Assembly: GCF_006345805.1 (NCBI RefSeq)
Contig: NC_043000.1
Coordinates: forward strand, 154,132,001 to 154,196,000
Origin: Octopus sinensis
Taxonomy: Eukaryota
DNA length: 64,000 nucleotides
Direction: 5' to 3'
Part shown: positions 37,936 through 51,002 of the stretch, in pieces
How the letters are laid out: each line of letters starts with the position of its first letter
Numbering within the stretch: the stretch's first letter is position 1
Made by a program: the position numbers and the translations under genes
Notes under the pieces: model-generated
Database searches by the model: none
Told to the model about the DNA's origin: nothing
What the model saw: only the letters and a program-made list of their open reading frames with translations

Positions 37936-38787
37936 TGGTTTCTTTTATTGCCCTCAAGGGGCTGACATAGAGGGGACAATACAAGGACATGTGGGGACAT
38001 ATAACAAATTACAAAAAAAAAGGAACGAAAGTGCATGTTACAATGAATGACAAAATGAAAATGAGAGATGAAATGAAGAATTCTCAGCCCCACCTCTGAG
38101 TCACTTCATCTTTACCTTTGTTTATTTTTCTTTTTATACTTGGTCCCTTTCAAGATGTCGAAACCGTACTCCTTTAGTAATTGCATGTAATCTATGTTCC
38201 ATGGTAATTTTTGGATGTCCAGTTCAACTTCTCACATTTCAAATCCTCCTTTGAATTTTAACACTTTTTCCCTCTGCTCCTCGTCCAAAAACAGGCAGCA
38301 ATGCCACCCTTGTACATTGCTGAACTTGCAAGTGTCCACCATTCTTATATTTTTCCACTTTTTCATTTCTTCACGCAATTCCTTATTCGTATTGTCATAC
38401 ATAATAGCAAAGTTAGTTTTTTTTCTTTTCTTCGGGAGGTGGGGAGATTGAACGGTTTGTGTCTGACTGTATTTGTTTTGTATTGCTGTTATCAGTAAAA
38501 GACCAACGCAGTTTGACTTTATGCGTAACAATAAAATTTTCTGTTAAATGTTCGCGAGTGATGTTCAGTTACTTCATCAAGCAGCCCAAGAAACATACTT
38601 TTGTTCATCAACTCAACCAGTCATCACCACACAGCCAACAAGCATCCAAGCGGTACTACTATCCGAACTTCATTAGATGTTTTCGACCATCACAAGCTTT
38701 CCTGTCTCTAAGACTACTTTATCGACAAAAAGAAAAAAGAAGAAAGAAAAAAACTTCCATTTACTCCGGAATCGTCTAACATAATAG

Positions 38788-39115
38788 GAGCACTCCGTCG
38801 GTTACGACGACGAGAGTCCCAGCTGATACGATCAACGGAACAGCTTGCTCGTGAAATTAACGTGCAAGTGGCTGAGCACTCCACAGACACGTGTACCTCT
38901 AACGTAGTTCTCAGGGAGATTCAGCGTGACATAGAATGTGACATGGTCGGCCTTTTGAAATACAGGTACAACTCATTTTTGCCAGCTGAGTAGATTGGAG
39001 CAACGTGAAATAAAGTTTCTTGCTCAAGGACACAACGCGTCGCCGGGAATTGAACTCACGACTTTACAATCGTGAGCCGAATGCCCTAACCACTAAGCCA
39101 CGCGCCTTCACAACG
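38788..39115 (-). mobile_element. tRNA-derived SINE with D-like head and C-like tail
   Basis: 14-bp TSD CGTCTAACATAATA at 38773-38786 and 39118-39131. Confidence 0.88.
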
Positions 39116-39245
39116 CGCGTCTAACATAATATTGTCTTGCAAATTATACTGATGCGGAGAAACCTTCTGCATTTACAGTTAGCTTTGCATTTAACCTTGC
39201 AATTGCATACATTCACTAGCGTAGTTAGAGTGTGTTTGCCGCCCT

Positions 39246-39321
<76 letters not shown>

Positions 39322-39484
39322 TTTAAGTAGATGAATGAATTATCCTAGTATGAATAATTCGGTTAATCGATACCTGGGTAGCAAATTCACGTCAGAAAAA
39401 CACGGTTGAAGTTACATGCCAAGGGCCCAACTTTCTATATATATATATATATACGCGAGAAAGAAGCAACAAGAATGGATAGGT

Positions 39485-39575
39485 TTTTAGTACAATCGTT
39501 TCATACAAGGACAGGCTCTATTAAAAGTTGTAAAAATTACAGCATATAAACGTGTCCCGTACTCATCAGCTAAAA
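39485..39575 (-). ncRNA. Type I hammerhead ribozyme motif (inverted copy)
   Basis: Reverse complement of 39884-39974 with one visible substitution in loop II. Confidence 0.75.
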
Positions 39576-39883
39576 TACATGTGAGTTCTCTGTAATGCTA
39601 ATAAGCAGGAATTGAGACCCACCTCGTTGTGATTAACAATGGATAAATTTGTCTTCTGTGAGTATGTAATCCCTCATCATATCTCTGGAAATTCATATGT
39701 GCACTATGGATTAGGTCACCTTCTCTGTGATGCTATTAAAACTTTTTTAAAATTCTGTGATAAGACTGTACATCATCTTTAAAGAACTTTAATGAACTTT
39801 GGAAATCTGTTTATGTTACTTAATTATCTACATTACTTCATGAGTATAGCCTCAACCACTAGGATGTCTAGAGAACTCATGTA

Positions 39884-39974
39884 TTTTAGCTGATGAGTAC
39901 GGGACACGTTTATATGCTGTAATTTTTACAACTTTTAATAAAGCCTGTCCTTGTATGAAACGATTGTACTAAAA
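39884..39974 (+). ncRNA. Type I hammerhead ribozyme motif with long loop II
   Basis: TTTTAG-CTGATGA-GTACGGGACA...TGTCCTTGTAT-GAAAC-gatt-GTA-CTAAAA: 6-bp stem I, intact core, GUA cleavage triplet at 39966-39968. Confidence 0.78.
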
Positions 39975-40299
39975 ACCTATCCATTCTTGTTGCTTCTTTC
40001 TCGCTTATAATCACCCCACATTACTGTATTGTTAAAACAGTATAGTTTTTTTTGGTGCATCTAAGTTAGGTACCATATTCAAGTAAATTCATTTAAATTA
40101 ACTTGAATCTTTATTGCTTTTTGTATATATATATATATATATATTGCCTACAGCAGACCCAAAAGTGCCGCTCCCTCCCCCAGCTACGCTAGTGCATTCA
40201 TAAGATAAAAACTCACCCAAAAACATTTCTTTATTTCACTAGTAGCAGCTCCATAAACACAGAAATAGCAAGTGCAGAAATATTTCCAGTTTCTTCAGA

Positions 40300-41130
40300 C
40301 AAGGCCACTTTTTTCACACTGTCCCTTCCATTGACCTCAGATGGTGTGCTCCGAATCTAGTTCCTGTCTAATCGAGCTCTTCAGTCATTCTTTCTTTGAA
40401 AACCCGACATAGAGAAGGGTTTGCCAATTACAGACCTACCGTCTTCACCTCCAGTATCTCGAAAGTTGATGGAAACATTCGGTAACAATCGTCTTCGACG
40501 ACTCCTTTCTATTCTACTAACCATTATTCCCTGTCCTATCATCCAAGAATATCGACACACGGGAATTCTCTTCCCGCCAAGGTTTTCCAGCTGACATCGA
40601 CTTGCAATTATTCAACCTTATATAAAGCGCAGAAATTTTAGTATTTTAGGAGGTGGGGGGCTACTAAAGTCAGGGACGCAGTCCGTTATCTTCACTAAGC
40701 CAAAGAATGTGCCTTTGCCATGGATTTGTAGTGGAGGGATGTGCTGGTTTATATAACTATCCAGAAGGATAGATATACCATTGGGAACAATAGATTTAGT
40801 TGGTGGTCTTGTTATCTCTATTCTCGCTTTTGGTGAAGTAGAAGGGGTTAGAAAGGGTCAAGTAGTGAAGACATTATTTCGGCCTCGCTAAAGGCATCAG
40901 GAAAATGCAAAACTGCTCACAGAGAAAAACCTTTGTTCCATCGTGGGGAAAAGTTCTGTAGCAGTGTTAATTTAAATTTGGCTATGGTGGGTCGAATCCA
41001 CTTCATGCATGCAAGATCCACTACAGATTACTCCACTTCGGTTACAGGATACAAACCACTGGTTTCTGAGACTTATACAAGAAACCTTTAAGATTTTTGG
41101 CAAAGCCCTGTACCTGAAAGTGTTTTTCTT
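40300..41130 (-). mobile_element. Possible degraded LINE ORF1 (gag-like, Cys-rich) relic
   Basis: Higher-GC, coding-like stretch with scattered CxxC and PRW remnants on the minus strand; no intact frame. Confidence 0.25.
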
Positions 41131-42149
41131 AAGTATGCTGCCATGACTTTTATTTAGGACTAATTTTACTAAGATATTATGAGGGAAGTTTTAGTATATT
41201 TTTTTTTATCACACACCATCCATGAAAATCTCGGTTTAAAAGAAGAAATAATTCTTATTGGAACACACAGGCTTCATTTTTCATTTAGTTATAAAAACTC
41301 TCAATTGTCTTAATTTTATATATGAAAGTGTCGAAGATAAAATTACGTAAAAGAGTGCAGTTGCTTCATCAATGACGCAACTTCAGTGCTTATGGAAGTT
41401 GGAAGTGAGTAAGGGTGGAGTAAAAGTACTTTAAGTAGAAAGGTTAAAAGGTCAGTTTCAGTTGCATGTAAGAGAGCTTGTGAGTTCGATAGAAGTCAAT
41501 GGAGTTGGGTGTAATTTTCTAACTATTCCTCTCCGTAAGTATGTTATGATCCCCGAGTTTGTTTATTTCTTTCTTGAAAAGCTAACGAGATTACTATCAG
41601 GTCGTAACACGTTTTATCACTTTTTATACCCCTTTTTGAAAGAAAAAAAAAATATTAATGACTTTGAGTAGCTAAGCCCAAGTTACTTAAAAACTACTAT
41701 AATTTTCAATTCATAGAACGTGCTGTTATTTATATCAAACAAAGTATTTTCCGTGTTTGCCTTCTCTCGGTCACACGTGTTCATTTCATTTAAACGTTCT
41801 GCTAAAGTATTGTAGAATAGCGTCGTTTTGTTGCTGTGTAACCTCAGTCCAACCCCTATGGAAATGACCTATTGTTATGTTTCGTTGTTGCTCGATGTGT
41901 AGCCCCAATCAACCTGTATCAAGCAGGCCTATGGTTAAATAAATTTTATTGCTGTGCAACCCTTGTCACTTCGATCGAGATCTGCCGTTGTTTTGTTGTA
42001 AAGATATCACTCTGCTTTTGTTTCGTATTATCTGTTTATTTTATGTGATAAGCAATTAAAAAAATGCATTATACTCTTTATATTATTCTTTCTTTCTATC
42101 ACGCCTTCTCTTTAATACTATCTGTATATCCTTTATCTTTCTTTTGTCT

Positions 42150-42283
42150 CTCTATTGGCTAACCAACTTTTTTCTTCTTCTTTTACTTCTGTCTTTAACC
42201 TTAGCCAGCTTCAAGTTCGGTTTACACCGAATTCACCTCAGTTGTAAATTGCAGGGCGATAGTCGGAAGTCGACGACAGAAAA
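42150..42283 (+). promoter_or_regulatory. Putative DHTKD1 promoter / 5' UTR
   Basis: Locally CpG-retaining. Reverse CCAAT (ATTGG) at 42154-42158, ETS-type CGGAAGT at 42264-42270, and AAAATG start context. Confidence 0.5.
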
Positions 42284-42416
42284 ATGTTGATGCTTCCACG
42301 GAGGCTTCTGAGACAGAATTGGCTTGCAACTAAACTACAGTCCACTGCAGCTTACCATTCCAAAAGTGGGGTGTACGGCTACAGACCACCACGCGACAAA
42401 TCTACATCTGAAGAAG
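42284..42416 (+). CDS. DHTKD1: DHTKD1 coding exon 1 (mitochondrial presequence)
   Basis: MLMLPRRLLRQNWLATKLQSTAAYHSKSGVYGYRPPRDKSTSEE. The N-terminus is Arg/Leu-rich and acid-free, and GVYGYRP is the DHTKD1 N-terminal motif. Donor GTTTGC, phase 1. Confidence 0.88.
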
Positions 42417-45400
42417 GTTTGCTTTTGAATCTGTAAACACAACCTCATTGGATGTGTTTCCCGTTTTCTCTCTGCATGCATAGTCAGTGCGTGTGTGTGT
42501 CTGTATGTAAGATGTGTGTATACCGTCTAAGAATCCATAAGTCCTTTAAAATATGCGCTCGTATATTTGTAATTACTGTGAGTATCTTAATCGAAGTGCT
42601 CATTATTTACCGTATTATATATCCATTACTGTTCACATAATCGAGTTGTCGCCCAAAATCCCGTTTAACCCCAAGTGCGACACCGATTTGTAAGATCGGC
42701 CGTAATGGATTTATGATATTGTACATTTCAATTAACATATATATATAATTACATAGTATATGTTATGGAATGTTTGTAAGCTATATGTATACATATGTGC
42801 ACGTGTATCGATGTACGGGGTATAAATTTATGTTTAATTGACATATGTTACTATTACGGATTAAGTATGTGTGTTGTATACAGAGCTGCTAAATCTCTGT
42901 TTGTGACTGTGTACATACATCTGATGTGTTGAGCAACTAAAGGCTATAGCTACAGGTTGTACAAAGAATATATACATAGAATATATGCATGTATATAACA
43001 GCATAGTAGTGGTCATAGAAGTAATACTGCTACTAGGGTGGCAACTGTAATATTCTGACATTCTTTTATTATCGTTATCGTTTTTATTAATCAGCTACAG
43101 TGAAGAAATGGCAAAATAACGGCAGGGCACTGGAACCACGTATACAGTTCTATATTTCTACGTTGATTCCAGACAGACTCTGAAATTCTTGCTTTCAAGG
43201 TCGATAAAATAAATTCCGGTTGTCTAGTCGAAATTATATCGGTCATATCTAACCTCCAAACGGAAAAAGAAAAGAAATCCGGTCTTTCAGTGGTATAACA
43301 TATGCAAGTTTTGTTGGCTTTTGTGTCGGCCAGATCCTCTGTCAATATAATAACACAAGCTGTCCTCGCAACCCCTTTTAATGTAGTCCCTTTTCATTGT
43401 TAAAACGTGCTGAGGTTCCGATTGTAATTGAAAGAAAAGCAAACAAACGAGTTGAAAAGTAATTGAAGAATTTACATTTCTAAAATATATTTTGGCCGAA
43501 AAAAATATATTGACTTTTAACAAGAAAGAATATTTTTTAAATTCATGTTTGTATCCTTCTTTCTGTTGAAGAATATATAAGCTGTAGCTTAGGTTATCTA
43601 AAACTTTCGGTTACCCTTTTAATCACCTTCATCAGAATCTGCCATCGGTAATTCAAAAGTAATTTTAAAGTATTTAGTTACATTTTTCTCCATTCGGAGT
43701 TCGAATTTCGTGAAAGTCGACGTTATCTTTTATATTGTTCATCTTTAGTTGAATAAACCAAACATACTTGCAATAAGAGCCTCCACCAGGTCTATCGACC
43801 TGCTAAAAATAGCAGTCAAATTTACGCTTTAAAAAAAACGGAAAGAATGGTTATAGGTCTGCGTGTTCAGTGTTGGCATAGGGCGAAATAGCGATGACCC
43901 ATTCCCTTACTTCAAATATAGGTTTGCTGACTAGTTGAGCCATTCCCTTTAATACAATGTACTAATCACCCTTTAACGAGGATGAAGTTAGTTCAATGCA
44001 AGAAACAACTTATTTCGTTTTCCCCTTACAAATTTGTCCCCATATAAAAGAAATAGTTATTGTACACGTAGTAAAAAATTCGACCTAGTAGATTATATAT
44101 TCGGTACCCGCTTTTGTGAGTTCGAATATCAGTGGTAGAATTTTGTATCATGTTCCTCCGAGGTGTAATGTAATAAACACTAGTGGACAACAGAAGCACG
44201 TGTTATGATCATCAAAAATAATATCCTCCAATTAGTTTGGGTCGGGGGGAAAATCTTTTATGAAAACTTACGTACTTTGTTTTATTTTTATATTTGATTT
44301 GAAGAATAATTAATCCTTTATTTGAAATTGATAAGCTCTGAATTGATTAAACTGACTTGTTTAGATAAGGGTATTAATTATAAAAGTAATCAACGACACT
44401 TAAAACTCTCTGTTAATTCTTAATCCTGTCTTGTCATTCTGTTTTAAGAACCAAAATTTTTAAAAAACAGCATTCTGCTAGAATACATCTAAAACAATAG
44501 TTTAAAAAAAAAAATCTGTATTTATTATTCAATAGATCATAACATAAATTGCTTTAAGGATCAAATTCTAAATTCAAAAGTATTTAAAATTTGTGACACC
44601 CGTAGTTACATGAGGGTATTCAGGTAGGACTTCTTAAGCTTCGTGTAATTTGAATCAGTCTACTGTCTGTGCACTTCTGCATATATTTTTGTCCGCTTAC
44701 TGGTTACGGCAGCTCGCTTCCTGATTACTGAATAAGTTTTATCATACAGTAGTTAATGAGACAAATTATCATAGAATCGATAGTACATCCTTTCTTCCTG
44801 GTGTCTTTCATCCTATCTTAGTATCTAAGAAAGATACATACTATTCATATTCTGTAGAAATCAGTCTCGATTTCACCCTGCGAATTTACCAAAATTTCAA
44901 ATTTCGTCATTTTTTAAATTAATTATTGTAAAATGGAAAATTTGATATCTACTTTATGTAATAACGCTAATAATGATTTCTTAGTGTAAGGTTTTGAGGA
45001 TTGTCATGAAGTATATTCATTCAATTAATATTATTCAACTCTAATGAAAAAGTAAAAAAAAGTTGACACGTCAATTTTAATTAAACCAGAACAACGAAGA
45101 ACCGCTCTTCTAGCTTCTTAAATAAATCCTTATCTATTTGACAGATCATTTGCTATTCACAACAACGAAATATTTCCTGCAGTCGTTCGTGCCTTTTTCT
45201 TTATTAAACGAAAGACTATAATAATAATAATAACAGTCGCTGTAGTTCTTTGCTTTATTGGATATTTATCATGAAAGCACCGGTATGCAAGATATTTTAG
45301 TGCATCAGTTGTTAACGCTTGCAGTTGTGCAGCGGATACACACACATTGTGCTAGGTCAATGAGCAGGTGCTGCAGTTTTACTACCAAATATATTTATCA

Positions 45401-45920
45401 CGAGCGTATACACTCCTTATTGAATCCCCATAAAGCCTTTATCCCCTACCTGCCTTTAAAAAAATGAACAATGTAGTATCCGCAGTATTTTTACAACTTA
45501 ATTCGTTCTAGTTTTAATTTAATGTTCCCTAAGTTTCGTATGTGATAGCCACCCATTATTCAACGACCTGATATCTGTTATCAATTAGAAATATATGTAA
45601 AGTTAAAATTAAAGTAACCTGACTAGTGTATGATACCCATTAAATTTAATTCAAATTTTCTAATGCATCTTTTTTTTTTTTACCTTTTTTGCATTATGAT
45701 TGGACTTGAAATTTCAGCCACTTTGTTTTGGCAAATTAGTTAATTTGAGATCAAATGCTGGAAGCTGAAACAATCGTATCATTAGAGGAGGCATTTTACC
45801 TTCAAGAGTATACTAGATCTGTTCTCTAAGTACGTAACAGTATTGTGTATTGTGAAGTGTTAAAAAGTTTCGTCGGACTTCAGCGACCTGGTCACTTACA
45901 CATTATACTCGATCTCAGTT

Positions 45921-46197
45921 CTTAAACCTTTTGTTACCATATTTCGACCGAAGAGGAGCGAATGGAAAAAGAGAAGTTGACACGTCAGCTTTCGTTTTTC
46001 TGTTGAAACTTACTTTTTTTTTTTTGTTTAAATCGATTTTGAAAATAATGAAGAATTTAAGGAAATAACTGTGGATATTAAGCTATAATTTTGGACAAAT
46101 TAACAGGAAATTTTATTGCAAGGTTTTGATTTAAAACAGGAAGTTTGTATCATAGGACCAAGGGCAGTTTCAGACAAGTTGGCATCAAAAAGATTAA
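45921..46197. mobile_element. piggyBac-like MITE (degenerate)
   Basis: TTAA-bounded ends (TTAAACCTTTTGTTACC and GGCATCAAAAAGATTAA). Related TTAACCCT(T/C)TAGCATTCAGA-type elements at ~47030-47633 and 50462-50674. Confidence 0.5.
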
Positions 46198-46276
46198 AGG
46201 CTAAAATAACTCACCCAATAATGTAGTTACATAGCTGAGTTTTTTTTTTGAAAATAAATTAAACAAATCATTCTTA

Positions 46277-46490
46277 TCATCATCATCGTTTAACGTCTGT
46301 TTTCCATGCTAGCATGGGTTGAATGGTTCAACTGGGGTCTGTGAAGCCAGAAGGCTGCATCAGGCCCAGTCTGATCTGGCAGTGTTTCTACAGCTGGATG
46401 CCCTTCCTAACGCCAACCACTCCGTGAGTGTAGTGGGTGCTTTTTACGTGCCACCTGCACGGGGGCCAGGCGAGGCTGGCAACAGCCACG
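46277..46490 (-). mobile_element. Repeat family E (GGCGTTAGGAAGGGCATCCAGC, (GAT)n tail; RTE-associated SINE-like)
   Basis: Further copies at ~52855-53033 (+), 53572-53830 (-), 54480-54680 (+), 55622-55965 (-, TSD TTAGGTAAATAA), 59990-60328 (+) and 61273-61570 (-). Confidence 0.85.
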
Positions 46491-47109
46491 ATAAAATAAT
46501 TTCTAATTATTGTTTTATATTCATTATATATATGGTCAATATTTGTAGAGAGGACGCATAGTTGACTGACTGCATCTTAAAATTTCATTAAGCTTCTAAG
46601 CAGTCGCTTAACTTAGAGGAAAATGCAGCCAAATTTCCCTCAAATGCCACCTTACTATCTTAAAGGATACACAAGACAATGTAATCCCTGATATACAAAA
46701 AGACAGGATGGTCACAGTTGGAATTCCTTTGATTATGTAATATGCTTGATCAGAACTTACAGGAGCAACAAATGCTACTGAGGTAACCACTATACAATTG
46801 TTTGAGCTTCTAGAAATAGCAGCCAAATCTTCCCTATTACACATTATATTTAAAAAAAAGAACACATTGGATAATGTAATCTTAGATATACTATACTTGA
46901 ACATAGAAGACAGGACATTCACAACAGGAATGGCTTTGATCATGTACCTACTCAATTAGAACTGATTTGGAATTAAGCAACAACTTTTTATCTTCACTTC
47001 ATTCTTCATACCCACCCCCATGTAATTCTTTAACTCTTTAGCATTCAGAATTTTCTGTCGAAAGTAATGCTTATTTATTCACATTGTTTTGAATTAACCA
47101 TGTAGGCGC

Positions 47110-47480
47110 ATGAGTGGCTGTGTGGTAAGTAGCTTGCTAACCAACCACATGGTTCCGGGTTCAGTCCCACTGCGTGGCATCTTGGGCAAGTGTCTTCTGC
47201 TATAGCCCTGGGCCGACCAATGCCTTGTGAGTGGATTTGGTAGACGGAAACTGAAAGAAGCCTGTCGTATATATGTATGTATATATATATATATATATGT
47301 ATGTTTGTGTGTCTGTGTTTGTCCCCCTAGCATTGCTTGACAACTGATGCTGGTGTGTTTACGTCCCCATCACTTAGCGGTTCGGCAAAAGAGACCGATA
47401 GAATAAGTACTGGGCTTACAAAGAATAAGTCCCGGGGTCGATTTGCTCGACTAAAGGCGGTGCTCCAGCATGGCTGCAGT
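47110..47480 (+). mobile_element. SINE family A nested in a piggyBac-like MITE
   Basis: Near-identical to the other copies; 3' tail truncated. Confidence 0.9.
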
Positions 47481-48100
47481 ACTGCTTTGTAACTATGAGA
47501 TTTTGATGAGGTACTGTTAATTTTTTAGAATGATATTGTAGGGCTGGTGTGAGGAACCAGAGCCGGCCAGTTTGAATATAAAACAGGTAGAATAATTGAG
47601 CCAGATATGGCCAGTTTAAATGCTAAAGGGTCAAGATTCTACAAAGCTTAAATGAGACCCACAATATAAAATTGCTTCTACACATACAAACATCCTTCTC
47701 TGCAATGAAAAATGCCATTTGGCTGCTTGACGTACCATATCCAGCCAAAATATTCTACCTTTTGTTATGTTCTAGCTGGCCAGATCAGGCCTCTCACACC
47801 TATGTTACAATGTCATTATAAAAATTAAACAATTGCATCATAGAAATCTCAAAGCTACAATTTGAATAAAGGTACTAAATGGTTAACCCAAACAAATAAG
47901 GGTACTGTAAATGCAGTAAAATTGAATAGTCTACTGTACTTTGAGAAATAACAATCAATTTTAGCTACAGTAGAGACAAGCTTTCTTTTAATGACAATTA
48001 ATACAGAGAAGCACACATTCCCTTAACTCTAATTAACAATACATTTTCCTTTAATTTTTTTCTGGTTGCTTGAAAGTTCCAGTTATTTGAGTACTGGATA

Positions 48101-48495
48101 ACTCTCTTACTCTTTTACTTGTTTTAGTCATTTGACTGCGGCCATGCTGGAGCACTGCCTTTAGTCAAGCAAATCGACCCCGGGACTTATTCTTTGTAAG
48201 CCCAGTACTTATTCTATCGGTCTCTTTTGCCGAACTGCTAAGTGATGGGGGACGTAAACACACCAGCATCGGTTGTCAAGCAATGCTTGGGGGACAAACA
48301 CAGACACACACATACATATATATATATACATATATACGACAGGCTTCTTTCAGTTTCCGTCTACCAAATCCACTCACTAGGCATTGGTCGGCCCAGGGCT
48401 ATAGCAGAAGACATTTTCCCAAGATGCCACGCAGTTGGACTGAACCCGGAACCATGTGGTTGGTTAGCAAGCTACTTACCACACAGCCACTCCTG
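48101..48495 (-). mobile_element. SINE family A, full length
   Basis: Near-identical to the other copies. Confidence 0.92.
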
Positions 48496-49164
48496 CGGAG
48501 TTTATTATGTATAAGAGGAGTTTATTATGTATAAGTTTTGGTGAAAGAAAATATAAAAGAAAGGGGCTCAGAGTGAATGGAGAAAGAAGGAATTAGCATA
48601 GAGAGATATGCAATAGCAATTAGCAATTGTGATGTGGGTTAATATGCATCAGATGAATGGTTAAACAGACAATAGTAGATGCATGAAAGATACGCTGCAT
48701 GTTATGCAACAAAGAAATGGGTTTGTAAATTTGTTTTCATTTGTTGAAATCTAAATAAGTGGGGTGTGTCACAGGTAGCTAACCATCCAACCAAAGCTTG
48801 ATAAATCTCTCTGTATACTCCTTATTAGCATATGTAACTATTGTGTTGCCAGTTGTCATAGTAAAGAATAGAGGGAAAGGGTTTGGTAATCTTGGCACAG
48901 TCGATGTCCCTTCTGAGTTACTAATCTGTAAAGGCTGACACACATGGATGGATGGTCAGGAAAAATACATTGGAGATGCAATATTTGTAGTGTGACTCCT
49001 AACAGTGTATTATTTAACACTAAGATGGGGCAATGCTGAGATTGTTATTTTGTTCAGCTCTCAATAAAAAGCCAGTACAAATGTAAATATACAATTACGA
49101 TAATGATAATTAGCAAGAAACCTAAACAGCAAACAGTTCCACAAATCATTTTTTTTTTTTTGCA

Positions 49165-49850
49165 CCCTTTTTTAAAGCCTAGCCAGGCTCATGGCCCCAG
49201 TTTCCCGGTTTCTATGGCGTATGTGTATGTGTCCCCCAGTTGGACGGGACGCCAGTCCATCGCAGAAAATAATAAATGCGCCCTTTTAAAGCCTAACCAG
49301 GCTCATGGCCCCAGTTTTCCGGTTTCTATGGCATATGTGTCCCCCAGTTGGACGGGACGCCAGTCCATCGCAGAAAATAATAAATGCGCCCTTTTAAAGC
49401 CTAACCAGGCTCATGGCCCCAGTTTCCCGGTTTCTATAGCGCATGTGTTCCCCAGTTGGATGGGACGCCAGTCCATCGCAGAAAATAATAAATGCGCCCT
49501 TTTAAAGCCTAACCAGGCTCATGGCCCCAGTTTCCCGGTTTCTATGGCGTATGTGTTCCCCAGTTGGATGGGACGCCAGTCCATCGCAGAAAATAATAAA
49601 TGCGCCCTTTTAAAGCCTTGCTGGGCTCTTGGCCCCAGTTTCCCGGTTTCTATGGTGTATGTGTTCCCCAGCTGGATGGGACACCAGTCCATCTTAGCGT
49701 TACTCATTTTTGCCAGCTGAGTGGACTGGAGCAATGTGAAATGAAGTGTTTTGCTCAAGAACACAACGCGTTGCCTGGTCAAGGTATCGAAACCACAATC
49801 TTACGATCATGATGCTGACACCCTAACCACTAAGCCACGCACCTTCACAC
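49165..49850 (-). repeat. SINE family D with its 3' tail amplified as a 108-bp tandem repeat (5 units)
   Basis: Unit starts (CCCTTTT) at 49165, 49281, 49389, 49497 and 49605; SINE head at ~49700-49850. Confidence 0.9.
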
Positions 49851-50969
49851 AAATCAATATTAGATATATGAAAAAAAGTGATGCTAATTACACAAATGCT
49901 ATCATCATCATCTATCCATCCATCCTCTTTTTCATGCTGGTATGGATCAGCTGGAGCTTATTTTGAAGCAGAGTTTTCTTTGGCAGGATGCCCTTCCTGT
50001 TGCCAACCCTCATCTTTTTTCAAGCAAAGTAATAGTTTCCTATGGCCAGACATGCTCTTGTAGAATATTGATAATAAATGACACTATTTGTATGACAGTG
50101 ACATTCGTTTACAACTATCATGATGTCATGAAAAGGAAACATAACACACACACGCAATGGTTAACCTAGGGCTATAGGGGAAGACACTTGCTCAAGATAC
50201 CATGCAGTGAGTGGGACTGAACCCAGAACCATATGGTTGGGAAGCAAACTTCTTACCACACAGCCACACAAAGAATGATCTAGAAATACAAATTTGATTA
50301 GAAGATCAAAACATTAACATTTTGGCAAGTGTGGTTGATAACATCAAGCATGTTTTAACTTATTACACCTCTTCAGCTAAGCATAGATGTCACCATACTT
50401 GCCAAAGTAGTAACAAGAGAATCACTAAGTGCTATTACAGTATCATAACCCAACTAGATGTTTAACCCTCTAGCATTCAGATTTCTTAGTCAAATGTAAT
50501 ACTTATTTATTCACATTGTTTTGAATTAGTCATGCATTATCTTGTAGCTTTAAAATTTCAGTGGTGTGTTTTTATATTTTTAGAATGACATTCTAGGTGT
50601 GAGAGATAGGATGTGGTCGGTTTTAACATAAAACAGGTTGAATATTTGGGCCAGATTAACTGTTAAATGGTTAAAAAAAGAATACTGAATTTAATTCCTC
50701 AAATGTCATTTGCCAACCCACCATGTTACACCCCACTATTTTCTTACCCTTCATTAAATATGTTGACCTTTATGTCTCATAAACACAATGTTTATGAGAA
50801 ATGGTATAGGTCCCAGTGTAGGTGTGTGGTAAGAATTTTGCTTCCCAACCACATGGTTCCGGTTCCAGTATCACTGCATGTCAACTTTAGCAAGTGTCTT
50901 CTACTATAGCCTCGGGCTGACCAAAGCCTCGTGAGTGGATTTGGCAGACAGAAACTGAAAGAAGCCTAC

Positions 50970-51002
<33 letters not shown>

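Larger units (their letters stand above)
39455..40004. mobile_element. Truncated Penelope-like element with inverted terminal repeats next to (TA)n
   Basis: Arms ~39455-39591 and ~39870-40004 are near-perfect reverse complements, each holding a hammerhead. The spacer resembles a degenerate GIY-YIG C-terminus. Confidence 0.75.

Noticed and set aside
38232-38531. 99-aa minus-strand ORF as an exon of a divergent gene
   Set aside because: No recognisable domain or convincing splice partners; more likely a degraded LINE ORF1 piece, which I could not confirm.
49103-49720. 205-aa ORF with 36-aa repeats, or a CRISPR-like array
   Set aside because: It is a tandem repeat of an antisense SINE tail with identical linkers, no unique spacers and no splice support.
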